This document shows, piece by piece, positions 22,118-32,988 of a stretch of DNA of 64,000 bases. The translations under genes were made by a program, and so were the position numbers. Positions within the stretch are counted from its first letter, which is position 1. Each line of letters starts with the position of its first letter. The stretch is from Camelus dromedarius (lineage: Eukaryota), in NCBI RefSeq assembly GCF_036321535.1, contig NC_087468.1:15066001-15130000 (forward strand), written 5' to 3'. The notes under the pieces were generated by a model. It searched no databases and had not been told where the DNA came from. It worked only from the letters and a program-made list of their open reading frames with translations.

Positions 22118-25100
22118 CCAGGCTGGACTCGCTGCCCAGGGAGCTGGCCCCTAGTTCGGAGGTGCCAGGACCAGTCTGGGCTGATCTTGAGACCCACCCA
22201 CCCCCACCGAAAGCTGCCACGGTCACAGGAAAAGGGCATTGCAGGAACCATACCTGGCCACGTCCCTTGTAGCCATTCTTTCTTTTGTGTTGGCCTACTT
22301 GACCAGACTAATATTCTGGAATTTTTTGAGCTTTCTGTTTGGTTGGCTTGATGTTCTGGAAGCCAAGACTCCAGAGAGAGCTGCGGTTCATGAAGCCTTC
22401 TGCCAACGTGCTGCTTTCTTACAGAGATCCCATGCCTCAGGACACCTGGCCGCCGCTGCTCCGCCCAGCTCTGTGAGCTGTGTTCGTTATAATTCCTTTC
22501 TTCCACGCTTCTGCTCACTTCCGTCTGTGCTTTCCTAGATCTTCTTTTTAGCTGTTTCTTCTTGTCTTTCCCTCATCTTTTTGTCTCCAAATCCATCAGT
22601 TCTACCCCATCCCCACCTCCCAACGTGACTATGCACCTACAGCTGCTCAGGACTTTGGACGTGGGGGGCTCCGGAGGGTCTACCTTTCTGACAAGCACTC
22701 CCAGTGTTTCTGCTACCAATCAAGTGGGAGAGCATCTTCTTTGAGGCCCACTTGCAATCATGGCTCCCTCCCCTTCCACAGCTTTTGCAGGTTTCTCTCA
22801 CACCCCACTGCTCCACAGGGTCTAGATAAGGGGACTTAGAAAGATGATCCTGGAACTAAACTGCAAGGATTTCTTGCAACAAAACCTGCCTTGGCTAGAC
22901 TGTAGAGTTCCAGCTTCCAGAGTTGTCCCTAGCTCTGAACAGACCACCTTTTGCTCAGGCTAAAAGGGAATTACCAACACAAGTTTGAAACTGCGTTTCC
23001 AAATGTGGTAACAGTCTTGAGCGTACATGCAAAGGGAAATTCAATATTAGCAATAATTGCCTGTTTGGAACCCTAGTCGGGGGGGGGGGGTGTGCAGAAC
23101 ATCACCCCAGAGGAAGTGAAACAAGATTCTGTCACTTGCCCTTCCCCTCCTCTGTGCTTTCTCCTTTCCCACCTCTCAAGAGTATATAAACTCTTAAGAG
23201 ACCCTGAGGATCTCAGGAATATCACTGCTGTCACCTAAGTGAACATTTTTCCTAATGCAGGGTTAGGCTAAAGGCTGAAGTCCGTAAGAAGTCCTGTGCA
23301 CTGCAGTTCCAAGCCACTTCCGTTTTCCAGCAAATGGGCCTGACCCCAGTGACTTGAAGTCTGGGGTTTAAGTGAGCCTGTGAGCACTGAGACTTCAGGC
23401 CAAAGTCCCCCTGCGCCAGAGGTTTCTTCACATCAGGGTCTCAAGATCAGTGTGGCTGGTCATTCAGAGCAGCTTTGCTCTTTAAGGACACTCGAGGGCG
23501 CTTTTGGTTTGTGCCCTACACCCCTGAAAATCTACCAGCTCAGAAATGGGGCAAGGCAGCTACTTTAAGTACATCATGAAAATGCAGCAGGTCACAGCTT
23601 GCTGGGAAGGTGAGTGAGATGGATAAGTTAGAGGGGCCTGGTTGTGAAGGCACCCAGGGACTGGAGTGCTTCTGACCCACAGAGCCGGCCCAAGGTTAAA
23701 TGCCTTAAACCTGCCAGTCCTGGGCTCAGTCCTACTTTCAAAGGAAAAAGTCTGCCCTCAGTCAGCCAGGCTGGAAGTGCCTTTTGACTTACACGGTTAA
23801 CTAACTATGCTCCGGAGCCTCCTGGGTCGAGGAGATGATGCCATGCTCTGTCCCCAGTCTCTCTGCAGCTCAGAGGACCAATCACTTTAGTCTTCCAGCT
23901 CTTCAGCTGATCTTCTGACTTGGAGATAGGGTTTCCCTGGAACCTTCAGTTACTGAGCCTAGAAATACTTTTTGGATTCATCATCTCACAGCTGGATGGC
24001 CTGGTTCTGGATTTCTTAAGAGAACTTAGAAACAAGACCAGAAGAGGAGGCAGGGGGCATGGCCCCTGAAATTTTAGCCCCCATCCCTGTTTTGTGAGAA
24101 GTGGGTACCTATCCTATCCTGTGTGTTTGTCACGTCGTCCTCACTCACAGGTAAGAGCCTGATGGGAACATCTTGCTTGTAAACTTTTTCTTGAGGGACT
24201 TGGCTTATCAAGTGCATATAAAGTACTTCCCACTCAAGAAAGCATTCTAATTCTTAGCTAATTTAAGCCACATGACTATAGAGCACTAAGCCTGGTACTT
24301 AAGTGAGACATTGTCCTTCCAAGCGGGCCTCTTGGTGGTGTGATTGCTGTTGCTCCAGGCGTGTCTGAAATGCTTCTCTAGTGATGGCCCTCAGCCTGCT
24401 GACAGCCTTATTGCTCAGACTCATTGCTTCTGCCACACCTCATCCCAGTCCAAGATGGTCCCTTCCAGTTTATTTGCCAGCCTTGCCTCCCAATGTCTTT
24501 TAGCTCTTTTTAAAAATCAGCTTTTTGCCATCAAGGAGCATGTTCCAGAGCATTTCTGAGAGGCCCTAGAGATGCCCCAAAGAGAATGTGCTATTTGGTG
24601 CAGTGGCAACAGTGTTAGACTGGCTGGAGCCTTCCAGCAGGCTGCTTCCGAATCAACACTCATTTGACTAGATGTGTTCCCAGCTGCTGGGGAAAAAGAA
24701 AGTCTGGTAGCCTGACAGGCACATCTCATGTTCACCCAAAATGCAGCGTTCGTCCCTTACTGAGGGTAAGCCTTGGGTTTTAAGGCTTTGTGTTTCCTGG
24801 GCCGCAGTGGGAGATGTTACAAATAGAAGAAAGTTGGGATTTGCAGGGGCTTTGGCCTGTGTGAGAGTCAACACTAAAGCTTGAGTTCCAGCCAGTTGGC
24901 AAGCATGGAAGTCTTTGAAGAATGTAATGCAAGAAGGGAAAAGAAGAATGTAAAGCTTTTTGTCCTGAGTGAGTAGGAGGCCAGCTCGTATCACCAACAT
25001 GGTCAATAACAAATGCCTCTCCCTGTGGACAAGCCTCTGCATGGCCCACTTTGAGGGGCACTGCCATCTAGAGATCAGCCCGTGGAGCTGGAAGAAACCC

Positions 25101-25532
25101 TCTGGGATGGCAAGCATCCAGCCTGCTGTGCATTTGGCAGGGTCCGTGGATGGTAGGGTCGGGATCCCCAGCTGGTTCACAAATGTCAGTGAGGCCTTTG
25201 CAGATAGAAGAATAAGGACAAACTGCTTTGCTACCTCTGAGCCTTCTTTGGGGAGAATCACCGTGGAATGTTGACAGTTGTCTGAAACGTTTTAAGCTCC
25301 CTTGTTGAATTCCTGTCCTGTCCCTGCGGAATCAAATGACCAAGAAGCCATAGGCACCCGCCCCAAATTTCCCCAGCAGCTGGAGTGATGCCAGAAGGGA
25401 AAAGAGTGAATGGCTCCTCTACCTTCTTGGAGCCACCCGAATGCGAGGCCGGTTGCACTAGTTGTGTTGTGTTAAATGTATAAAAAGCCATACATTCTTC
25501 TGTTTTCTCATTTCCAATGTTCTGTGTGGATG

Positions 25533-25538
25533 AATAAA
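25533..25538 (+). terminator. Probable C2orf68 poly(A) signal (implies ~3.4 kb 3'UTR)
   Basis: AATAAA preceded by U-rich tract, followed by GTGAATTGTG. Confidence 0.5.
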
Positions 25539-26679
25539 GTGAATTGTGCGAATTATTTGAAAATCCTGGAAGGAAGGTACTTTTCAAATACAGTATTGTT
25601 TTTAACCAATAAACATACTATTTTTGCCAAGAGTTGTGAAATCACTTGTGTACATAGGGAACTGAAGGTTACATGCCCTGAAGCCACTCAGCACCACAGA
25701 ATCAGCACTTGGAATCTTGTTTCTAGTTCTGCCTATTTTAAGAACTGTCCTGGTGGGAGCATAACAACTAGACTCATGTGGCATTAGAGCTGGAAGGGAA
25801 TTTTAAAGACACTTGGTCCAACTTCTCACCTGATAATGCAATTCCTCCCAACCAGTGACCCATAAAGGGCCTAAAATCATCCTATTTTAGGGACTACTCA
25901 GACGGCCATATTAAGCCAAAATCTGCCTCCTTGTCAAGGCTCTGGAGTGCTGGTCTTGCCCACCATTTGGTGAAAGGACAGCCAGTTTAGAACCTGAGTG
26001 GTCCGCTCAGGCCCTCCCCATGATGATGGTTGGAGAGGAGTGGAAACCCAGCTCAGTGGGGTATAGTAAGTGTTGATTAAGAATCGCAAAGCTTCTAATG
26101 AAGGAGGAAATGCTGAGAGTTCACAGCATCATCGGGCAGATGAGAAAAATGTGCCTACTCCAGTGGGAACACACCTGGGCAGGAAAGTGGTGCTTCTCTA
26201 TAAATTAAAAAAAAAGGCACTCCTTTGTCCTGGGGCGCAGAGTATGGCCAGCAGGGGGTGGACTGGATTTTTATACCCAGCTGGACCTTCAGCTGGGTAT
26301 TCTTGTACAGCGACCACTGCACAACCATACTTCTTAATCCTGTTTTAAGTACTTGTCCTGACGCAGTTTGGAAAAGGGCTTTCCAACAGTTTTCCTGTTT
26401 CCATTTTTACCTCCCACTAGGTCCAAAAGTGTTTCTCCTTCCTCAAGCCATTGTCCAGTTTATCTGCTCCCATTTCCCCCACAGGACAAGGCCCTGTTTC
26501 TCCGTATTATCTATCTCACCAATGCTGCCAAACTCAAGCTCCTCTGCTCCTGGCAGCCTGGGCCCATGCTTCCTTCATGTCAAGGTCTTTCAGCCCCAGT
26601 GTTGTCTCACAAGGACTCCAACAGATGCCGGGCTGCCGGTTAGAATGCCAGGCACACTTCTGGTGTGTGTAAGAAGTAT

Positions 26680-27149
26680 TGCTTTTAATCCAGAGTGTCC
26701 AGGAGGGCACCTTTGGTCAATTAAGCGTGGACGAAGAATGTCGCCTGCCATATCAGTAAATAAAGGACATTGTGGCCCTCAAGCCAGCAGCCACCCCCCA
26801 CTGTGCACCCTGAGGGGATCCAGATGGAGAAAAGCAGGTTACTGGCCCTAGATTGTTAAGGCGCTTATCAGAGGAATGACTTCAGTGAGTCCAGACTCGA
26901 ACCTTCCCTTACCTTGAAAAGTGCTAAATTTATTATCTTGTCTGGCTTTCTTTAGTTGACAGTCATCTTTCAGTGTTCAGACTATCTGGTTTTTGATGTA
27001 AAAACTCCTATATCCTGGCTCCTCCCATACCTCTTCTGAACAATCTCAAAGCTGTCTGAAAGGCTGCCTCCAAGACTTGAGTCCTCAGAAAGTCTGCAGA
27101 ATAAAACGTAATTCTCAACTCTTAGGCTGTTCATTTTTTTCAGTTGACA
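26680..27149 (+). mobile_element. ERV1 solo LTR, cetartiodactyl type (left edge approximate)
   Basis: gtgcaccctgagggga...ctggccctagat...ctcctatatcctggctcctccc...aataaaacgtaattctcaactcttaggctgttcatttttttcagttgaca. Confidence 0.75.
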
Positions 27150-27639
27150 TTAGTTTTGGTAAGCCATTGGGTACTTTATCACCACACTGCCCTGTTTGCT
27201 TTTTCCCAAACTGCTCCAGGTCTCCCGCCTTCCTCTCCTGTCTCTTGCCTACCAACACCTGGCCATGTGTGTCTACTTGGAATGGATATTGTTTCAAGTA
27301 ATTGCTCAGCAGTCAGGAAACATGTTTTGGACACTGACTTCTGGACAGTACTCTGTGTACTTGTACCTTTGAAAATAAAAAGTATCTGATCAAAGTAGCC
27401 CTCCTCCAGAGTTTGCTGAGCCGAGGGAAGCAGAAGCCAAATCCAGGGCGCTTGAATTTCTTAAGGAACAGCCAAGGCTTTGTGCTTGCCTCTCTGCAGA
27501 CCCGCCTCGCCTTGAACAGAGGCAGGCACGGGCGCCACAGAGAGGTAGGCTCCCTGAAGTCTCTCTGTCGGCCAGTCCAGGCTGCAAAATGTGCCCAGGG
27601 GTTCAGGGAGGCTCCCTCCAGCCACATGCACGATGACAC

Positions 27640-28440
27640 TCACATGGGCAGCTGGAAGGCGGTGCCCGCAGGAGCAGGGCAAGCGGGCATCCTAGCCTTC
27701 TGGCGTCTCGGGTCGGCGCCTCCGCTCCGGTCCCACGCCCCCGCCCCCCGGACCCCCGAAGTCCAAGCGCCGCCCACCTGTGCGGCGTGAGGCGGGCGCG
27801 GGGGCTCGGGAATTGTAGTCTCCGGCTGGGCGCGGGCGCCGGGGCCGGGCCGGCGCGGACTCCACGTCCCGGCGGGCGGCGCGGCGCGGCCCGGGGCGCC
27901 GGGGGCGGGGCCGCTCGGCCCTTTAAACCATTCAGGGCCGCTCCGAGGGCCGCAGCCGGGACGGCGCCACGCGGGGGTTGAGCAGGGCGCGGTGGCGGGG
28001 CGCTCGGGGAGGTGCGTACTGGGCCCCTTCCTCTCCCAGGACCTCCAGGGATCACCTGCGGGCACGGGACCCCGGGTCCAGCGGACTCGCAGGGCGTGGG
28101 CTCCGGGCGCCCACGCGGGCGGGGGCCGGGCTGGGCTTCCCACGTGAACCCGCCCCTTCCCCGCGGCGCCGGTGGTCAGGTGGCTGCGGGCGGGCAGCCG
28201 CGCCTCCACCGGGCCCCGGACCCCCTTCCCATGCTTCCCTTGGCGTGGCCCCCTGGACTGTCCTGACGCCAGCCTCTCCCAGCCCAGAACCCTCAGGCGA
28301 GGGAGTAGGACTCTCCAAATCTTAGGGCCCCGCGGCATCTGAACATCTGGGTGGAGCGCGGAGGCCCCCCCGGTAGGTGCCGAAGAGTGTCCACGTTTCG
28401 GCGTGGGCGCAGCCCCAAGTGTGGGCGCTCAGAGCCGCAG
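27640..28440 (+). promoter_or_regulatory. TMEM150A CpG-island promoter with probable non-coding exon 1 (about 27950-28011)
   Basis: GC box 27902-27912, TTTAAA 27922-27927, donor GAG|gtgcgt at 28012. Confidence 0.7.
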
Positions 28441-28653
28441 CGGGAGCCCTAAATCTGGCGTTGATCATCTTCCTCTCCCCCGCAGCGGCTTTGGCCAGTC
28501 AGTAGACCCTGGACTTTGACCTGTCTCTCTCCACCAGGCCCGGGCAGCTGATGGTTTTGGCCAAGTATCCTGAGGTAGCTGGGCTAACCTCCTCCTCCCC
28601 ACCTACCTCTTGTCCTCCTCCCCACACCACCACCACCCTGGCTTCCCTTCCTC

Positions 28654-28718
28654 ATGACCGCCTGGATCCTCCTTCCTGTCAGCCTGTCAGCATTCTCCAT
28701 CACTGGCCTATGGACTGT
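28654..28718 (+). CDS. TMEM150A: TMEM150A first coding exon (65 nt coding; acceptor probably 28537/28538)
   Basis: [21 protein letters not shown]; GT|gtaagt. Confidence 0.94.
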
Positions 28719-31669
28719 GTAAGTAAAGAGGGGGAGGGGGAAGGTAACTAGGGGACAAAATGGACCCAGCCTGAGGAGGGACGAGGCCCAGCCAGGACCC
28801 AACAGGAGCCTCATGGCACACACAAAGTCCCTTGTCCTGTTGCAGGCTCCCAGGTGGTACCCAGGGTCACTCTGGCTGCCTCCAAAGCCTGGCCTAGTGC
28901 CTGGGCACACAGCCCCTTGGGACAAGCTGGCACCACTCCTGTCCAGCAGGGTGGCCCTGATGGACAGACTTTTAGCCAAGGCAACTTCCAGAGGTCTTGT
29001 GGTTTGGGGCCATGCAGTGGGTTTTAGTGTAGTGTCAAGCTGCAGGGCCAACCCCAGCTTGAGTCCCCAGCAAAGACAATAAGGCTGATTCAGGGCAGAA
29101 CCAAAGGAGAAGAGTCAGCGGGGGCAGGCTGGGTGCATCATGGGGGCCAGGTGACAGTTGTGCTCCCGCAGGTATGCCATGGCCGTGATGAACCACCACG
29201 TGTGCCCCGTGGAGAACTGGTATGGCGCACTCTGCAGACAGCTTCACTCTAAAGCTCCCTTCATCTCTGTTTCCTCTTGGGCCGGGGCTGCCTCGAGCCA
29301 GATGGAGACACTGGGCCTCACTGCTCTTCTCTGACATTGGCAGCGCCTGCCCCTCCCCAGGCATGGCTTCGTGCCCACCTACCTGCTTCTCACCATCGTT
29401 CACCCCTTTGGCTTCTGTCTCAGGCGGGCCCTGGGAAGTGGCCTGTTCTGCCCCTGCCGAGGGAGGTCTGGGAGGGTGGTCTCCGAGCAGCCTGAGGCTA
29501 CAGGCCAAGGGCCTGGGGGAACGCCTTCCCCCCTAGTCTACTCTCTGTCCTGCCTGTCAGGTCCTACAACGAATCCTGCTCTCCTGACCCCCCTGAGCCA
29601 GGGGGCCCCAAGACCTGCTGCACCCTGGATGATGTCCCCCTCATCAGGTAAGGCCTAGAAACCAGGCAGGTCAGGGAGACACAAGGCCCTCAAGCAAAGG
29701 CCTGTCCCTGAGTCACAGGAATAATAATTCTCTCAAGAGCACTTAATTACAATACTACTTCCCAATTACTATGTGCCGGACATTGTGCTGAATGCTTTAC
29801 ATGCATAAGGCCATTTAATCCTCCCAGCATTGAGGCAGCTGTTGTTTCACCATTTTATAGGCAGGGAAACTGAGACCGAGCTATGTTGTCCATCCAGGTC
29901 ACTAAGCTGTAAGTGGAGGCACCTGGATTTAAGTTCAGGCTCCTCTGATTGCCCTGCCCAGGTTCTGGCTTAAGGAAAGCCAGACTAGCTGCAGGCCTTG
30001 CCAGTCTCAGGGAGTCCAAGGAGTCTCGAGGTCTGCTGAGCCATCCTGGGCATTCCCTAACCCGATACACACGAGCTCTGCCTTGAGGGGGATGGGTGCG
30101 GCCAGCCTAGGGCCAAGTGTTTGTGAGGGACACTGGCCTTTCTCACACATCAGTGGCTTGCCTGCTGGGGAACAGGCGCAGATAAGGCACAGGAGAGCAG
30201 GTGGGCCAGAACGGGGGCCTTCCAGTGCTCCGGCCCCTGCCTCACTCTGTCCTCGCCCCCTCCTCTCAGCAAGTGCGGCACATACCCTCCAGAGAGCTGC
30301 CTCTTCAGCCTCATTGGCAACATGGGTGCTTTCATGGGTGAGTTGTGCTCTCAGCACCCCTCCCCCCCAGCCCAGTCCAGCCCACTGTCACACCCAGTCC
30401 CCAGAAAGGCCCAGGAAGCCCTGGCCTCGCCCAGCCCACCCCACTAAGCGCTAAGGCTAGACTGGCCACTTCTCTCCTGTTCCTCGAAGGCCAAAGGCTG
30501 GCTCCCACACGGCCACCCTGCTGCCCCAAGCCTGAGGAAGCCCAGTTCCCCGCCTGCCCTTCTGTTCCCTTCCGGCCCTCAGTGTATCTGGGGGAAAGCT
30601 GGCGGGCTAGCCCGGCCGGGTCAGGGCCAGAGGAAGTTGCCAGCCCCACCTGTGCTCTCCTCCCCCAGTGGCCCTGATCTGCCTCCTGCGCTATGGGCAG
30701 CTCCTGGAGCAGAATCGTCATTCCTGGGTTAACACCACGACGCTCATCACAGGCTGCACCAACGCCGCGGGCCTTGTGGTAGTCAGCAACTTTCAGGTGT
30801 GCCCCGCCTGGCTGCCTCTTGAACTCCCCCTAACAGGGCTGGGCTGTCTGCAGGGGCCCTCCGTTTCCTGAGGGTTGACTCGTGGCAGGAGCAGCCCCTC
30901 AAGGTTGGAGTGGGGACGGGAGGGCCTGGGAGGGAAAGATGGGAGAAGAGGGGAGGACAGGTGGTGTGAAGGGGGTGGGGAGTAGGGCTGCTTCACAGAT
31001 CAGCCCCGTCTGGGCCCAGGTGGATCACGCTAAGTCTCTGCACTACGTGGGAACTGGCGTGGCCTTCACCGCCGGCCTGCTCTTTGTCTGCCTGCACTGT
31101 GCCCTCTCCTACCATGGGGCCACTGCCCCCCAGGACCTGGCTGTGGCCTACCTGCGGATCCTGCTGGCAGCTATCGCCTTTGTCACTCTGATCCTCAGTA
31201 TCCTTCCAGGACAGGGCAGCCAGGAACAACTCCTGTAGCCCAGGGCCCCTCCCACCCAAGATGAGGGGGTGGAGGGCGGTCACCCCTGCCCAGTGTGGTC
31301 TTCTGCTTCCCCTCCCGGTAGGCGAGGCCTGGTCCTATGCCCCAGCCTAGTCATATACCTGGGGAGCAGAAAGGCTGTCCCCAGGCTCCTGCACATCCTA
31401 CTGAACGTTTCCTTAGCCTCATCCCAGATGGTGTCTTCTTCATCCACGAGAGCTCCCAGCTGCAGCACGGGGCAGCCCTGTGTGAGTGGGTGTATGTCAT
31501 CGACCTCCTCATTTTCTACGGTACCTTCAGCTACGAGTTCGGGGCAGTCTCCTCAGAGACACTGGTGGCTGCGCTGCAGCCTGCCCCCGGCCGGGCCTGC
31601 AAGTCCTCCGGGAGCAGCAGCGCCTCCACGCACCTCAACTGTGCCCCTGAGAGCGTCGCCATGATCTGA
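28654..31669 (+). CDS. TMEM150A: Transmembrane protein 150A (DRAM/TMEM150/Frag1/Sfk1 family), 271 aa, 7 coding exons
   Basis: Exons sum to 816 nt = 271 aa + stop; [44 protein letters not shown]...[12 protein letters not shown]. Confidence 0.96.
29172..29219 (+). CDS. TMEM150A: TMEM150A coding exon 2 (48 nt)
   Basis: cgcag|GTATGCC...AACTG|gtatgg; [15 protein letters not shown]. Confidence 0.93.
29561..29647 (+). CDS. TMEM150A: TMEM150A coding exon 3 (87 nt)
   Basis: gtcag|GTCCTAC...CATCAG|gtaagg; [28 protein letters not shown]. Confidence 0.94.
29745..29960 (-). mobile_element. MIR
   Basis: cattttataggcagggaaactgagacc...aggtcactaagctgtaagtgg. Confidence 0.7.
30270..30337 (+). CDS. TMEM150A: TMEM150A coding exon 4 (68 nt)
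   Basis: ctctcag|CAAGTGC...TTCATGG|gtgagt; [22 protein letters not shown]. Confidence 0.94.
30669..30796 (+). CDS. TMEM150A: TMEM150A coding exon 5 (128 nt)
   Basis: ccccag|TGGCCC...TTTCAG|gtgtgc; [21 protein letters not shown]...SNFQ. Confidence 0.94.
31020..31197 (+). CDS. TMEM150A: TMEM150A coding exon 6 (178 nt)
   Basis: cccag|GTGGATCAC...ATCCTCA|gtatcctt; [16 protein letters not shown]...FVTLIL. Confidence 0.94.
31198..31427 (+). other. U12-type (minor spliceosome) GT-AG intron of TMEM150A
   Basis: 5'ss GTATCCTT; branch-like TTCCTTAGC 31409-31417, A 12 nt before the 3'ss. Confidence 0.85.
31428..31669 (+). CDS. TMEM150A: TMEM150A last coding exon (242 nt, stop TGA 31667-31669)
   Basis: atcccag|ATGGTGTC; [37 protein letters not shown]...VAMI*. 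Confidence 0.94.
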
Positions 31670-32174
31670 GGTCTGGGGAGGATGGCTGGTCCGGCCTCCA
31701 CAGCTCCCCGACCCTGTCGCTCCTTTGCATTTATTTTGTACCAAAAAACAATCCTGAGAAAGTATTCTGTTGGGACGCAGGCTTCCTCGCTCCTGGAGGA
31801 GTGGCCATCCCACACCCACCTGTGCCATAGAGGAGCGGGCCCTGGCACTGCCCGAGCACAGCCCGCTCCCCACACCACAGTGTTGTTTTTACGTTTTAAG
31901 GTCACGTATCCTCATTCACCCAGCCAGCCCTTCAGGTGCCTTCTACTCCCCAGTGCCAAAGCCAGACCACTGGGGTTTCCTGCTGCAGGAATTGGGGGCT
32001 GGGAACAGCAAGAGAGAGAAAGTCGGGGGGCAGGGGTAAGCACTCTTAGTCGGTGGAAAGGCCCATTTTTGGGTCCACTGAGCTGCCCTGGGATTCTTCG
32101 CTCTGCCCCCTTTCTTTAGGGCAAATAACACAGCAGAACCACGTGGGTATTTTAGTATTTTTTTTTTTATATCT

Positions 32175-32180
32175 ATTAAA
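32175..32180 (+). terminator. Probable TMEM150A poly(A) signal ATTAAA
   Basis: ATTAAA after U-rich tract about 500 nt past stop. Confidence 0.6.
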
Positions 32181-32864
32181 AGAATTCTAATTTGCATGTT
32201 TGTAGTCTGTTCTGGAGAGTTGGAGAGGACCTGATCCAGGACGGCTCTCTCTAGGCAAAGGATGTGAAGAAGTCCCTGCCCCGCCAGGGAGGTCCTGAGT
32301 GCCCGCTGCTGTTTCTGAGCAGGGACGCCAAGTGCTGTCCAAATCCGCCTCAAGGGCTTGAAGCCCTTTCTGGGCCTTTAAATAGTGCAGAGCTGACCTG
32401 ACCGTTTCACACTTCCTACCCTGCTCAGAGTCTGCTTTGACGTTTGACTCCATAGCAGGGGATATGAGGAAGGACCTGCAAGTCCCTTCTGACTTCAAAT
32501 GTTAGAAGTGATTTTTTGCAGCGAAGTTAAAGAAAGCTCCTGGGATTCTAAGGTTGACTAAAGATTGCAGGGGGAGGGAGATGTTGACTAGTTTTTCTTT
32601 ACCATCTTTAAGCAACTACTGAATGCCAGGCCCTAACACATTTTACTTGCCAACCACAGACACGTGGGCCTAGGCCCTGGCTGGTCCAGTGGCCGGGTTC
32701 TTGACCTGGGCTCTACTGCCCTCAGGCTTGGCAGGCAGGGATCCGCAGCCTGGTACTTTCTGCAGTTCAGGACCACCTTCCCCAAGAGCGGTCGACAGAG
32801 TGGAGGGTACAGAGCCCCTGCCCAGGCCTGTGAGCAATGCAGCCGCAGGATGGGTAAAGAAACC

Positions 32865-32870
32865 TTTAAT
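32865..32870 (-). terminator. Probable RNF181 poly(A) signal ATTAAA
   Basis: About 60 nt after stop on minus strand. Confidence 0.65.
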
Positions 32871-32928
32871 GAGATTTGAGGCACAAGAGGAAGATGCTGT
32901 GGGGGATGGATGCTCAGCCCCATCCACC

Positions 32929-32988
32929 TCATGTGTACATGGCTCCATGGAGGTTCTCCAGTCGGTGCTTCTGCTGCTGCTTGCGAGC
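32929..32988 (-). CDS. RNF181: RNF181 exon 5 coding part (60 nt)
   Basis: cttcag|GCTCGC; [19 protein letters not shown]. Confidence 0.94.
   Translation of the reverse strand, partial: ARKQQQKHRLENLHGAMYT

Noticed and set aside
21925-22518. 197-aa ORF antisense to C2orf68 exon 4/3'UTR
   Set aside because: No family resemblance or splice support
24668-25261. 197-aa minus ORF in the C2orf68 3'UTR
   Set aside because: No recognisable domain; length plausible by chance
26225-26851. 208-aa plus ORF
   Set aside because: TTG start and runs into the ERV1 LTR; no homology recognised
27603-28338. Several long Pro/Arg/Gly-rich ORFs
   Set aside because: Stop-codon scarcity in the TMEM150A CpG island
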